A DNA stretch of 64,000 nt from contig CM075995.1 in the NCBI GenBank assembly GCA_038087875.1, forward strand, positions 310,001 to 374,000, given 5' to 3'. The notes below the pieces were generated by a model that was given only the letters and a program-made list of their open reading frames with translations, was not told the origin of the DNA and made no database searches. The DNA comes from Malacoraja senta. Lineage: Eukaryota. A program made the position numbers and the translations under genes. This document shows, in pieces, positions 51,029 through 62,234 of the stretch (the first letter of the stretch is position 1; every line of letters starts with the position of its first letter).

Positions 51029-51163
51029 CTTCAAGTAATACACAAGAAGCTCATTGAGGGCAGGGTCGGCATTCAGATTGACCAGAAAGCATTTGCCGTC
51101 ACCAACTTTAATGCCTGAAGTCTCCAGAGAAATCCCCATACTCTCCAGCTGTTTCTGCCTTTC
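51029..51163 (-). CDS. KIF13A: KIF13A exon (ERQKQLESMGISLETSGIKVGDGKCFLVNLNADPALNELLVYYLK), 135 nt
   Basis: Kinesin-3 LVNLNADP motif; acag| and |gtgagc boundaries; phase 0/0. Confidence 0.96.
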
Positions 51164-52043
51164 CTGTAAGGCAGGAGAATAGGGTTAGGAATGAGAGATA
51201 GATCAGTCACGATTGAATGGCGGAGTAGACTTGATGGGCCGAATGGCCTAATTCTGCTACTATCACTTAAGATCTAAAATTACAAAACAGATCGACTAAT
51301 TTTAAATTGCGAAGAGATAATATCGGCTTGGTGTTCCAAAGTGAACCTCTGTTACTTGAACCCAGAAGTTTTTAAAAACATGAGAACAGATCTGGTCGCT
51401 GAAGAAAACATGAATCAAAGTCAATTTTATTTTCTGGAGGAGTTTGTAACATTGGTCCATTTTTAGTTCAAATCAAGTGCTTGTTATTTGCAGCTGCAAA
51501 GAGTCTAACGCAATTCAGTTTTTACTAACTTTAAGTTCTCGGTAACTAGTTAAGATTAAATTAAACTTGATAGGAGTTGAAATAGCAAACTCTTCTTTCA
51601 AACAAACACATTTAAAAAAAAATTTCAAAATGAACTCTGAAATCAGATTCTTTTGAAGAGTTAATAAAAGAATCCCATTCTTAAATACACAAACCTAGAA
51701 AAAAATTTTTTGCTATCAACACACTCTTAATTTTTCACTATTTCACAGGTCTGTGATCAGATAGAATCAAATTGTAAGTCGCCATCAAATCATTCAGTTG
51801 AAATCAACTGAGCTGAGACACATTTTTCCCACTTTGGAATGGAACACAGCTATTATTTTCCTCAAAATAAAAAAATTAATGTCACCTATAACAACCATAT
51901 CAAGATGTCAATACAGATATTTATGTGAAATGACTGATTTATTGAAGATAATTCTAGCGTGATTCTCCCAGCATTATTGGTTATGGAATTCTAAAAAAAA
52001 AACACCTTTAAGAAGCAATCAGACAGGTACATGGATAGGACAT

Positions 52044-52242
52044 AGACAAAAATGCTGGAGAAACACAGCGGGTGAGGCAGCATCTATGGAGCGGAGGAAA
52101 TAGGCAAAGTTTTGGGTCGGAACCCTTCTTCAGACCCGAAAGTTGCCTATTTCCTTAGCTCCATAGATGCTGCCTCACCCGCTGAGTTTCTCCAGCATTT
52201 TTGTCTATCTTCGATTTTGAAGCATCTGCAGTTCCTTCTTAA
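52044..52242. mobile_element. Fold-back Penelope-derived mini-element
   Basis: Same architecture as the 11.6 kb copy; 15-bp TSD acatggataggacat. Confidence 0.85.
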
Positions 52243-53105
52243 ACATGGATAGGACATGTTTAGAGGGACATGGACAACGGGAAGATGGGTGTGACAGAGC
52301 AGGCGAGTATGGAGCTGGCCCAGTAAGTACTGCCTAAGTACATAGAGAAAGCAGGCAGTACCAAATTAGTTTGGTTATTTGGTGTAGGCTTGCACATAAT
52401 TGCGTTCACCACCACAGCTTATGCTGCACTCCAACAGCTCGAACACTCTGCTCAGGGCGGCACGGCAGCGCAGCGGTAGGGTTGCTACCTTACAGCGCAA
52501 GAAACCCGGGTTCGATCCTGACCACAGGTGCTGTTAATTAGACAGGTACATGGATAGGACAGGTTTAAAGGGATATGAGCCAAACACAGGCAGGTGAGAC
52601 TAGTGTAGATGGGGCATGTCGGTCAGTGTGGGCAAGTTGGGCCGAAGGGTCTGTTTCCACATTGTGACTCTATGACTCTACAAGTCAACAATCTAATAAA
52701 AACAGACTAGAGAATTCAGACAAGGTGAAATTAAAGTTGAATCAATAATAAATGAATCAAAATCATATGATGTCCCTGTATTATTGACCAGCCTCTTGTC
52801 ATGTTTTAACACCTTATCAGAGAATAACTACAGAAGCGTCAGGGATGGGGAGGTGTGGGGGGGGGGGGGAGGGGGTGGAGGGGCTGAGGGGGAAATTGTC
52901 ACCTACCCCCTCAATCACGAAAAAGTAGACGGAGAAATTCTATGTCATTTTATGTTTTGTCATTTTATGTCAAAGGAAATGTGTTTACTTACAAATGATG
53001 GCCACAGATAGTGGCAGCATTGGCAGTGGGCACAATTGATTCACAAAATTGCTCTCTAACGTGGCAATATATTTAGCTCCAATATATTTAGCTCCATGAA
53101 CAAAC

Positions 53106-53216
53106 CTGTGCAATTTCTTCGGTTTTCCTCAGTTTCTCCTCCCAAGTCACAGTCAAATCTTTTATGAGTTTTTCAGATTCTTCCAATTTCTCCTTGAGCT
53201 CTGGTGCTTTCATTGA
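53106..53216 (-). CDS. KIF13A: KIF13A exon (SMKAPELKEKLEESEKLIKDLTVTWEEKLRKTEEIAQ), 111 nt
   Basis: Manual translation matches recalled KIF13A CC1 region; ttag| and |gtttg boundaries; phase 0/0. Confidence 0.95.
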
Positions 53217-53643
53217 CTAAAATACACAAACAATAAGATGAAATAACTTTCAAGGCACACTGATAACACTTTTTACAGAGAAATTAATTTTATGATCTTC
53301 AAATTACAGAGGATACTTCACCAGGGAAGAGACAATAAAGTGGTGCACCTGACTGAACTGCTATCTCACAGCACCCGAGGTCAGGGTTCGATCCTGACCT
53401 CAGCTGCTGCCTGTGTGGAGTTTGCGCGTTTTCCTTGTGATCGGGCGCTCCAACCTGGGTCTCTAGCCCTGTAAGGCAACAACTCTGCTGCTCTGGTTTC
53501 CTCCCACATTCCAAAGCTGTGCAGGTTTGTAGGTTAATTGACTTCTGTCAATTGCCCCAAGTGTGTCGGAGTGATTGTGTGTAAGGGTGATTGATGGTTG
53601 GTGTGGACTCGGTGGGCTAAAGGACCTGTTTCCACTCTGTATC

Positions 53644-54057
53644 ACCTATTAGGCCCCCCCTCGGTCATGGCTGACCATGGGTGTCTCCAGGGTTGGAGGA
53701 CGCCTTGTGCGTGACTTTGTTTAACATGGGGAGACTGGTGCACAGACAGCCACCACACGGTCCTTGACAGATCCGGGTCAGGATCCAGTGGCATGGAGTC
53801 CAAGACGACCGGGGACCCTTTTCTGCTGCAGCCTTCATCCGCCTTCCCAGCCGTTGTGACGCTCCACTAAAGTCAGCCATCGTCCTCCGCCTGTTCCACC
53901 GTTGAGGTCTTGGTTGGATTGCCCTTTGTCAGAAACCTCCCCCTCGACCTTACCGCCACGGGTGGCCCTACCAGGAGCATAGCTCCAGACGGCATCGCTC
54001 TCAGGATCTCAGGTCCAGACAAGCTTCTCCACCACGACAAGGTGACAATCCACGGAA
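53644..54057 (-). mobile_element. Short non-coding RTE-clade (Expander/Rex3/BovB-like) derivative inserted in a SINE tail
   Basis: Minus-strand 5' end caccttgtcgtggtggag...gagcgatgcc...ggtagggccaccc...ctgacaaag resembles recalled RTE 5' UTRs. Confidence 0.65.
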
Positions 54058-54169
54058 ATGCATCTCTAAACTAAGCTAAATATATGGCCTCCTGCTCTGC
54101 TGCAGGAATCACTGCAGTGTCCCCCTGAGTAGAAGGGATTTAGTTTCAGCTCAAGAAAGGGTGCTCCCG

Positions 54170-54800
54170 ATATGGCCTCCTTTACATTGGCGATACCAAG
54201 TGCAGACTTGGTGACCATTTCGCCGCAGATTTGCATACGGTCTGCCAAGGCCTGCTGGATCTCCCAGTTGCTAACCATTCTAACTTGCCTTCCCATTCCC
54301 ATACTGACTTTTCTGACCAGCTATATTCCTTTCTCTGACTTCATATTTCATGCCTCTTCTATCCTTATCTCCTTATCGCACTTTCATCTCTGGCCTTTGT
54401 CCAACCATCTGCCAATCAATACCCCTTACCTGCATCCACCTATCACTTGTATAGGAGGGCACTGCAGGTGTTGGGTTAAACTGAAGATTGTCAGAGTGAG
54501 GCCAAATGCAAATTGGAGGAACAGCATCTCATATTTCGCTTGGCCAGCTCTCAACCCAACGGTTTGATTATTGATTTCTCTAACTTCCAGTAACCCTTGC
54601 ATTTCCTCTCTCTCCGTTCCACCCCCATCCCAGTCATTGTACCAGCTTCAAAGCCATCTTGTTGAGTCTCATCGTCTGTAACTCGTTTTCACCCAGGCCA
54701 CAGCTAGCAATGGCCTGTTCCATTTATCATCTATTGCTTTTTTTGCATATCTCCCATTCATGTTCTCTATCTCTCTATTTCTCCGTCTATGTCTCTCATT
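54170..54800 (+). mobile_element. Degenerate, interrupted Penelope-like GIY-YIG fragment
   Basis: tacattggcgatacc (YIGDT) and CKLEEQHLIFRL-like segments. Confidence 0.7.
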
Positions 54801-55863
54801 TCCCTGTTGTTATCTCATTTCTCTCATTTCCCTAAGTGTTTCCCATTGGAAGAAGGTGGCGCATCGGTAGAGTTGCTGCCTCACAGCGGCAGAGACAAGT
54901 CACGCGGTCACAGGAAGAACATACAAACCCCGTACAGACAGCACTGGGAGTCGGGATCGAACCCGGGTCTCTGATGCTGCAAGCGTGATTTGGTATAAAA
55001 TGTAAATTGCCCCTTAGTGTATGTTAGATAGTGTTAGTGAGCGGGGATCGCTGGTCGACGCGGACTCAATGGGCCGAAGAGCCTGTTTCTCTATGTTAAA
55101 TTATCTCTAAGTTAAATTATAGCGCTGTATCTCTAAGTTAAATTATATTAACCTATATTAAACTAATGCATCTTCTATACTTGGGCCAGTTCTTGTGCTG
55201 TACTCTTCTATGTCATGAACATACCCAGAGAGTTGTGAATCTGTGGAATCACCAGGTTAATTCCGGGATGGCAGGACTGTCATATGTTGAAAGAATGGAG
55301 CGGCTGGGCTTGTCTACACTGGAATTTAGAAGGATGAGAGGGCATCTTATTGAAACATGTTTCCTGCCTCTAGTGTGTCCAATCCCTTAATAAACTCATA
55401 TAAATTTATTAAGGGATTGGACACACTAGAGGCAGGAAACATGTTCCCGATGTCGGGGGAGTCCAGAACATGGGGCCACAGTTTAAGAATAAGGGGTAGG
55501 CCATGACCCAGCACGGACTTGAAGGCCGAGATGGCCTGTTTCCGTGCTGTAATGGTTATATAGAACGGAGATGAGAAAAAACATTTTCACCCAGAGTTGT
55601 GAATCTGTGGAATTCTCTGCCACAGAAGGCAGTGGAGGCCGATTCTCTGGATGCTTTCAAGAGAGAGTTAGATAGAGCTCTTAAAGATAGCAGAGTCAAG
55701 GATATGGGGAGAAGAGCAGGAACGGGGTACTGATTGGGGATGATCAGCCATGATCACGTTGAATGGCGGTGCTGGCTTAAAGGGCCAAATGGCCTACTCC
55801 TGCACCTATTGTCTATTGTCTGTGTTTCTCTCAAATGTTGCTCATTTCCGTTCACCCTCTTAC

Positions 55864-56076
55864 CTCAGCCTGATTTAATTGCTCCCTCAGTTTATCCACT
55901 TCCTCGCGGAGCTCTCGGATAATTTTGGCGTTGGGATCTTCATTCACTACAGCATGGTTCACGATGCGCTTGGCACGGTCTGCGTATCTCAGCGTGGACA
56001 GAGTTTCCTCATAATTGTCGCCAGCCGGGCTAATTGTTGCTATCATGGCCGTTTTACTGTTTCCTCCCAAGTTGTC
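55864..56076 (-). CDS. KIF13A: KIF13A exon: end of kinesin motor domain and neck ([17 protein letters not shown]...LREQLNQAE), 213 nt, phase 0/0
   Basis: Kinesin motifs [16 protein letters not shown] and the kinesin-3 neck [17 protein letters not shown]; acceptor tcag and donor GAG|gtaaga. Confidence 0.97.
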
Positions 56077-57849
56077 CTGAAGTCACAAATATAAATAATT
56101 TACCGTCATTAATATAACCAGTTCTTTGAATTTGGGAACAGGATACATCTCAAAGCCTGTAGGTGATGCACTAAGTGTAGGAAGGAACTGCACATGCTGG
56201 TTTAAACCAAAGATAGACACAAATAGCTAGAGTAACTCAGCGGGACGGGCAGCACCTCTGGAGAAAACAAATATCGGTTCCCTTTCCCCTGACTCAGTCT
56301 GAAGAAGGGTCTTGACCCAAAACGCCACTAATTCCTTTTTGATATCAGAAAAAAAAAAATCCTAAAAAAAAATCTATCTTATGCCTCATATTTTTGTGCT
56401 AATCATAAGCAGCGTGGACTTTTCCATCGGGGAGCGGGGGTGAACCCTTGCTGGGGTCGCCTGAAAGGAGTGCTCCGATCGCTGGCCTGGTGACTTTGGC
56501 ATCTTGGGGCTGTGGTCTGCGGAGCTTCTAGCCGCGGGCATTGCGTGGACTTACCATCCAGAGTCTGGGATCCCTTGCCTGGGATTGCCGGAGAAGAGCT
56601 CCGACTACCGGTCTGCGGCCTGTAACATCCTGAAACCGCGGTCTCCGGTAAGAAAGTGGCCGATTCGGGCACTCCAAGTGTTCGACCGTCCCGAAGTTGG
56701 AGATTCAATCATCCCACGAGAGGGCCTGTACATCCGGCCGTCCGTAGCGTTGACTACGGAGGGTTCATGGCCCCAACCACGGATGAACAAAGGAGGAGGA
56801 CTGGCTGAACTTTGTTGCCTTCCACCACAGTGAAGAATGCTGTGGTGGATGTTTGTGTTAAATCTTATTGTGTATTGTGTGTTCTTTCTAAGTGTATCGC
56901 TGCTGGCAAATTCATTTCACTGCACCTTCGGGTGGATGCGACGAATAAAATTGACTTTGACTTTGAATAAAAAACAGATACTTTACCTCTTCAAATATTT
57001 TATTAATTTAAAAAAGCGGATCCATATAATGCTTCATCTGCCTATGCCAGAGAAGTAATGGAGTCAGAGGAAGTAATTGAGACAGGTATTATAATAACAT
57101 TTAGAAGATATTTGAACAGGTGCATACGTAGATAGGGAAGGCCTGGATTGAGTGGATGTTTAGATGATGTTTCCACCCGTGGGAGAGTCTAGGACCAGAG
57201 GTCATAGCTTCAGAATGTAAGGATGCTCCTTTAGGATGGAGATGAGGAGGAATTTCTTTAGTCAGAGGGTGGTGAATCTGAGCAATTCATTGCCACAGAA
57301 CGCGGTGAGGCCAAGTCAGTGGGTATTTTTAAGGCAGAGTTAGATAGATTCTTGATTAGTATGAGTGTCGGGGGTTATGGGGAGAAGGCAGGAGAATGGA
57401 GTTAAGAGGGAAAGGTAGATCAGCCATGATTGAATGGCGGAGTAGACTCGATGAGTCCAATGGCCAAATTCTGCTCCTATCACATGAACTTATGAAAGGT
57501 TTAAGGTCATAAGGTCGTGCCATAAGGTCATAAGTGATAGGTGCACAATTAGGCCATTCAGCCCATTAAGTCTACGCCATTCAATCGTGGCTGATCTATC
57601 TCTCCCTCCTAACCCCATTCTTCTGCCTTCTCCCCATAACTCCCGACACCTGCCAAATGTGGGCAAATTGGACTAGCATAGATGGGGCATTGGGGTCAGC
57701 AGGGATGAATTGGGTCAAAGGACCTGTTTCTGTGCTGTGTGATTCTATGACTATCCTATTTTATGAAGCTCTCAAACTCATAAAACAATGGATTACATTG
57801 AAATGCACCCATTATGCAGCACAGACTAAGTTAAACAGCCAGCAGGTTA

Positions 57850-58080
57850 TATTTTATAATTTACAAACCTATCTCCAATGATGTATTATTAGTAAATTAT
57901 TCCATTATTTTTTATTATGCCATTTGTTTTTTCTTTTCACTCTCACTCTCTATCTATAAAAAAAAACTAGAAGCAGAACCAATTCACAACTGATAATATT
58001 AACAATGTACGACTGATATACATGAAATGTTTTTATTATATGTGCTTGCTTCTAATAAAAATATTATTAAAAAAAAAAAA
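57850..58080 (+). mobile_element. Short L1-type 3' UTR / poly(A) insertion
   Basis: Ends cttctaataaaa...A-tail like the 34.1 kb L1; 17-bp TSD aaacagccWgcaggtta with one mismatch. Confidence 0.7.
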
Positions 58081-58604
58081 AAACAGCCTGCAGGTTACCT
58101 GCAAGATCCTGATCAAAGAAAATAGACGAGTCTCCATTGATGTACAGGTTTGCAGGTTAATTGACTTTGGTTAAAATTGTCCCTAGTGTGTAGGATACTT
58201 TTAGTGTGCGGGGATTGCTGGTCGGAGCAGACTTGGTGGGTCGAAGGGCCTGTTTCCCTACTTTATCTTTAAACTAAAAAGTAAAAGCACTTGCTGGAAA
58301 CATAGGTAACATCGTTAACCAACTCTTAAATGCTTACAGAACAATCCAATTAACGTTTGTCATGTTTAATTCTTTTTTGATTCAAGTGCTTAGCATTATA
58401 GATTTGGAGGGATAAAATTACGATTTTGGCAGAAAGATATATCAGTCTGGAGTTTTATTTTAAATTTGTCAAAAAGGGGGATAAGGCAAGGGAGAGTCAT
58501 GTAGAACATGCTCCAAAATGTTTAAAGCAGCTTAACTTCCAACTAAGATCAATACACAATGCTGGAGTAACTCAGCAGGACAGGCAGCATCTCTGTCGAG
58601 AAGG

Positions 58605-58645
58605 AATGGGTGACGTTTCAAGTCGAGACCCTTCTTCAGACTGAG
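58605..58645 (-). ncRNA. Minimal type I hammerhead-like motif of a Penelope-derived repeat (best-preserved copy sense to the KIF13A pre-mRNA)
   Basis: Minus strand reads cagtCUGAAGA-a-ggguc(uc)gacuu-GAAACGUC-accc; catalytic core intact; stem I only ~2 bp. Confidence 0.55.
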
Positions 58646-59724
58646 GGTCAGGGGAGAGTCTTTTTTCACACAGAGAGTTGTGAGTCTGTGGAATTCTCTG
58701 CCTCAGAGGGCGGTGGATACTTTCAAGAGAGAGCTAGATAGGGCTCTTAAAAATATAAAGTCAGGGGATATGGGGAGAAGGCAGGAACGGGGTACTGATT
58801 GGGGATGATCAGCCATGATCACATTGAATGGTGGTGCTGGCTCGAAGGGCCGAATGGCCTACTCCTGCACCTATTGTCTATTGTCTATTGAGAGGGTCTA
58901 TAGATATGGAAGGGTAGCTGTGAAAACGACAGATTAAAGCAGACAACGATAAGGAAATGAGGAATGGTTCATTGTTAGCTGAGGGGAAGGTGACAACGTT
59001 GCGTACAATCAGCAATATTTAATCGGGAGGCCAGTGGAACTAGTCGGAGGACTAGGATGGGGGAGGGACGAAGAGAGACGGAAAGCAAGGGTCACTTGAA
59101 GTTGGAGAACTTGGTTATTATACTGTTGGGTTGTAAGCTGTCCAAGCTTCCAACACCGTTTTTGTTTCACCCAGCTAAATTCACAAAGAGAAAATCTTGC
59201 AGTGTCATTTAGTCTCAGTGAGATTTCCCAGCCGGGGCAGATTACAACCCAGCTGTATGAATATTGATTTCTCTAACTTCGAGTAACCCTTGCTTTCCCT
59301 CTCCCTCCATCCCTCCCCCATCCAAGTCGTACCAGCTTCAAATTCATCTTGTTGAGTCTCATTGTCTGTAACTCGTTTTCACCTAGTTCACAGCTAACAA
59401 TTGCCTGTTCCCTTAATCATTTTGCATATTGGTTACTTTTTTGCATATCTTTCATTCATTTGTTCCATATCATTTGTTCCATAGGGGCTAGTGGAATCAA
59501 GGGATTTGGGGAGAAGGCAGGCACGGGTTATTGATTGGGGACGATCAGCACCTATTTTCTATGTTTCTATCTATCTATACCACCGTCTATATCTCTTGTT
59601 TCCCTCTCTCCTGACTCCCACTGAACAAGGGTCTCGACCCAAAACGTCACCTATTCCATTTCTCCAGCGACTCTGTCTGATCTGCTGAGTTACTCCAGAT
59701 TTTAGTGTCCATCCTTACAAATGA

Positions 59725-60205
59725 TGAGCTGGTGAGACCAAGCAAAAGCTTGGCGATCGCCTCGCCCAACACCTCCGCTCACTTCGCAATAACCAACCTG
59801 ATCACCCGGTGGCTCAGCACTTCAACTCCCCCTCCCATTCCAAATCCGACTTTTCTGTCCTGGGCCTCCTCCATGGCCAGAGTGAGGCCCAGCGCAAATT
59901 GGAGGAACAGCACCTCATATTTTGCTTGGGTAGTTTACACCCCAGCGGTATGAACATTGACTTCTCCAATTACAGAGACCTTGCTTTCTCCCTCCTTCCC
60001 CTCCCCCTCCCAGCTCTCCCACGAGCCTACTGTCTCCGCCTCTTCCTTTCTTTTTCTTGACCCCCCCCCCCGACATCAGGCTGAAGAAGGGTCTCGACCC
60101 GGAATGTCGCCTATTCCTTCTCTCCATAGATGCTGCCTCACCCGCTGAGTTTCTCCAGCATTTTTGTCTACCTTTTTCCAGCATCTGCAGTTCTTTCTTA
60201 AACAG
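59725..60205 (+). mobile_element. Penelope-like element 3' fragment: GIY-YIG endonuclease C-terminus, 3' region and hammerhead-like motif
   Basis: GETKQKLGDRLAQHLRS...PVAQHFNSPSHS...LHPSGMN; followed by ctgaagaagggtctcgaccc and the family terminus catctgcagtt...cttaaac. Confidence 0.88.
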
Positions 60206-61177
60206 CTGATCTGTAATGGCGCTTGCTGCAACATAATCAGTCATGTCACACAAGATCTTCCACGTGCAACACTGCAATTCTGATGTTAGTTCAAAGCAGC
60301 ACTCTCAGGTCTACTCCAGATTGGACCAAGAATTGTTTTAAAGTGCAGGCAAAGAAACCTCCCAGTTTGAAGGGCAACCATTGAGCAGAGGTTCAGCACT
60401 GCAGTGAGATCTACAGGAGGACAAAATATTGAAGTCTTGGAATATGGTTTCAGACAACACCCTCTGACTCAGAAATGGAAATGCGACCAAGCTCATTATA
60501 TTAAAGAAAAGCCAGCAAATGCCCAAATACAACAAAAAAAAATGCAATGATTACACTAAACTAAAATGCCATAATCTGTTGCACTGTTCCCCAACAGATT
60601 ATGACTCATTTTAATTTAGTGTAATCATTGCATTTTTTTTTTGTCGCATTGACATTAAGTACTTCAACTGTGGATTGCTTGAGTGTAATTATGTATTGTA
60701 TTTCCGCTGACTGGTGAGCACGCAACAAAAGCTTTTCACTGTACCTTGGTACACGTGACAATAGACTAAACTTCAAACATAATGGCCATACAAATGGCTC
60801 CTGAAAGAGAACATCAGACTTTCGTTAACTAGTTCTAAATGATCAACGTTTGTTCAAAGGTGATTTGATTTCTTAAAATCATGTCTGCTTAAATCATGTA
60901 ATTTTAAATAAAATAGTGCAACACAGGAACAGGCCCTTCAACCCACAATGTCTGCGCTGGCCATTATACTAATCTATACGTCCTATCCACCCACACACGA
61001 TGCGCACTCCTCTATTCCCTGCCTGCCCATGTGTCTGTCTAAATGCCTCTTAAGTGTTACTTTCGCGTCTGCTTCTACCACCTTCCTTGGAAGGGCATTC
61101 CAGGAACCGACCAAACTCTCTGTGTACAAAAAACTGGCCTTGCACATCTCCTTTAAACTTTGCCGTTCTTACCTTTA

Positions 61178-61424
61178 AGGGCCTGTCCCACTTGGCGATT
61201 TTTTTCGGCAACTGCCGGCGTCATTGACTGAGGTATCAGGGTCGCCGAAAGATTTTGAACATTTCAAAATCCAGCAGCGACAAAAAAAATGTTGCCACAC
61301 TTGAGGAGACACCGCGTGTCAATGCGTCATCACGCCGCGACACGCCGCAACTTTTTCGGTGACCTGATATGTCAGTCAATGATGCCGACAGTCGCCGAAA
61401 AATTCACCAAGTGGGACAGGCCCT
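61178..61424. mobile_element. MITE with AGGGCCTGTCCCACTT TIRs
   Basis: TIRs; flanks tta/taa (or ttaa/ttaa); inserted in a CR1 remnant. Confidence 0.85.
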
Positions 61425-62076
61425 TAAATCTATATCCTGTGGTTATATATTTGTCATTTCCGCCCTGGGAAAAAGGTTCTGACTGTCTATCCTATCGATG
61501 CCTCTCATGATTCTATATACTTCCATCAGATCTCCCCTCAACCTCTAACGTTCCAGAGAAAACAATCCATGTTTGTCCAACCTCTCGCCATGTGGCTAAC
61601 ACCCTCTAATCCACTCAGCATTCTGGTAAATCTCTTCTGCACCCTCTCCAAAGACGCTGCATCCTTCCTGCATTACGGTTCTGTATACAACAGTCCAAAT
61701 AGGGCCAAAGCAACGTTTTTATACAGCTGCAACATGAGTTGACAACTTTTATACTCAACACCCCGACTGATATGACATGTACGTCCTGCGCCTTCATTGT
61801 CACTATATCCACTGGTGCTGCTACTTACAGGGAGGTTTGGACTGGAACCCAAAGATCTGTCTGTACATCACTGCTCCTAAAGATACTGCCATTTACCGAC
61901 TGTATACCATCCTCCCAAAATGCACCACCTCACTTGTCTGGATTACACAACATCCCGCACATTCGTCGTCCTACTAGTTCCACAGTTCGCATCCTTGTAT
62001 CCCTTCGTTATCAACTCTTCCCCAGCCAACAATGGACCATTGTGGGCTCCACCCTTCCTTGGTCATCTGTGGCCAG

Positions 62077-62100
62077 CCCTAACCCTAACCCTAACCCTAA
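62077..62100. repeat. (CCCTAA)4 interstitial telomeric repeat
   Basis: Four exact units. Confidence 0.9.
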
Positions 62101-62234
62101 TGCCCCCCTACTCTCATTCTGATGAAGAGTCTCAACCCGAAACGTCACCTATCCTTTTCCACCAGAGACGCCGCCTGACCCGTTGAGTTACACCAGCACT
62201 TTGTGTCTATCTACAGTATAAACTAGCATCTGCA

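Noticed and set aside
5734..56076. KIF13B assignment
   Set aside because: Diagnostic segments (MKAPELKEKLEESEKLI, DDSSENSSESGS, VKPVQHSGTLPLMVEAILSVSIGC) match recalled KIF13A rather than KIF13B; a phylogeny would confirm.
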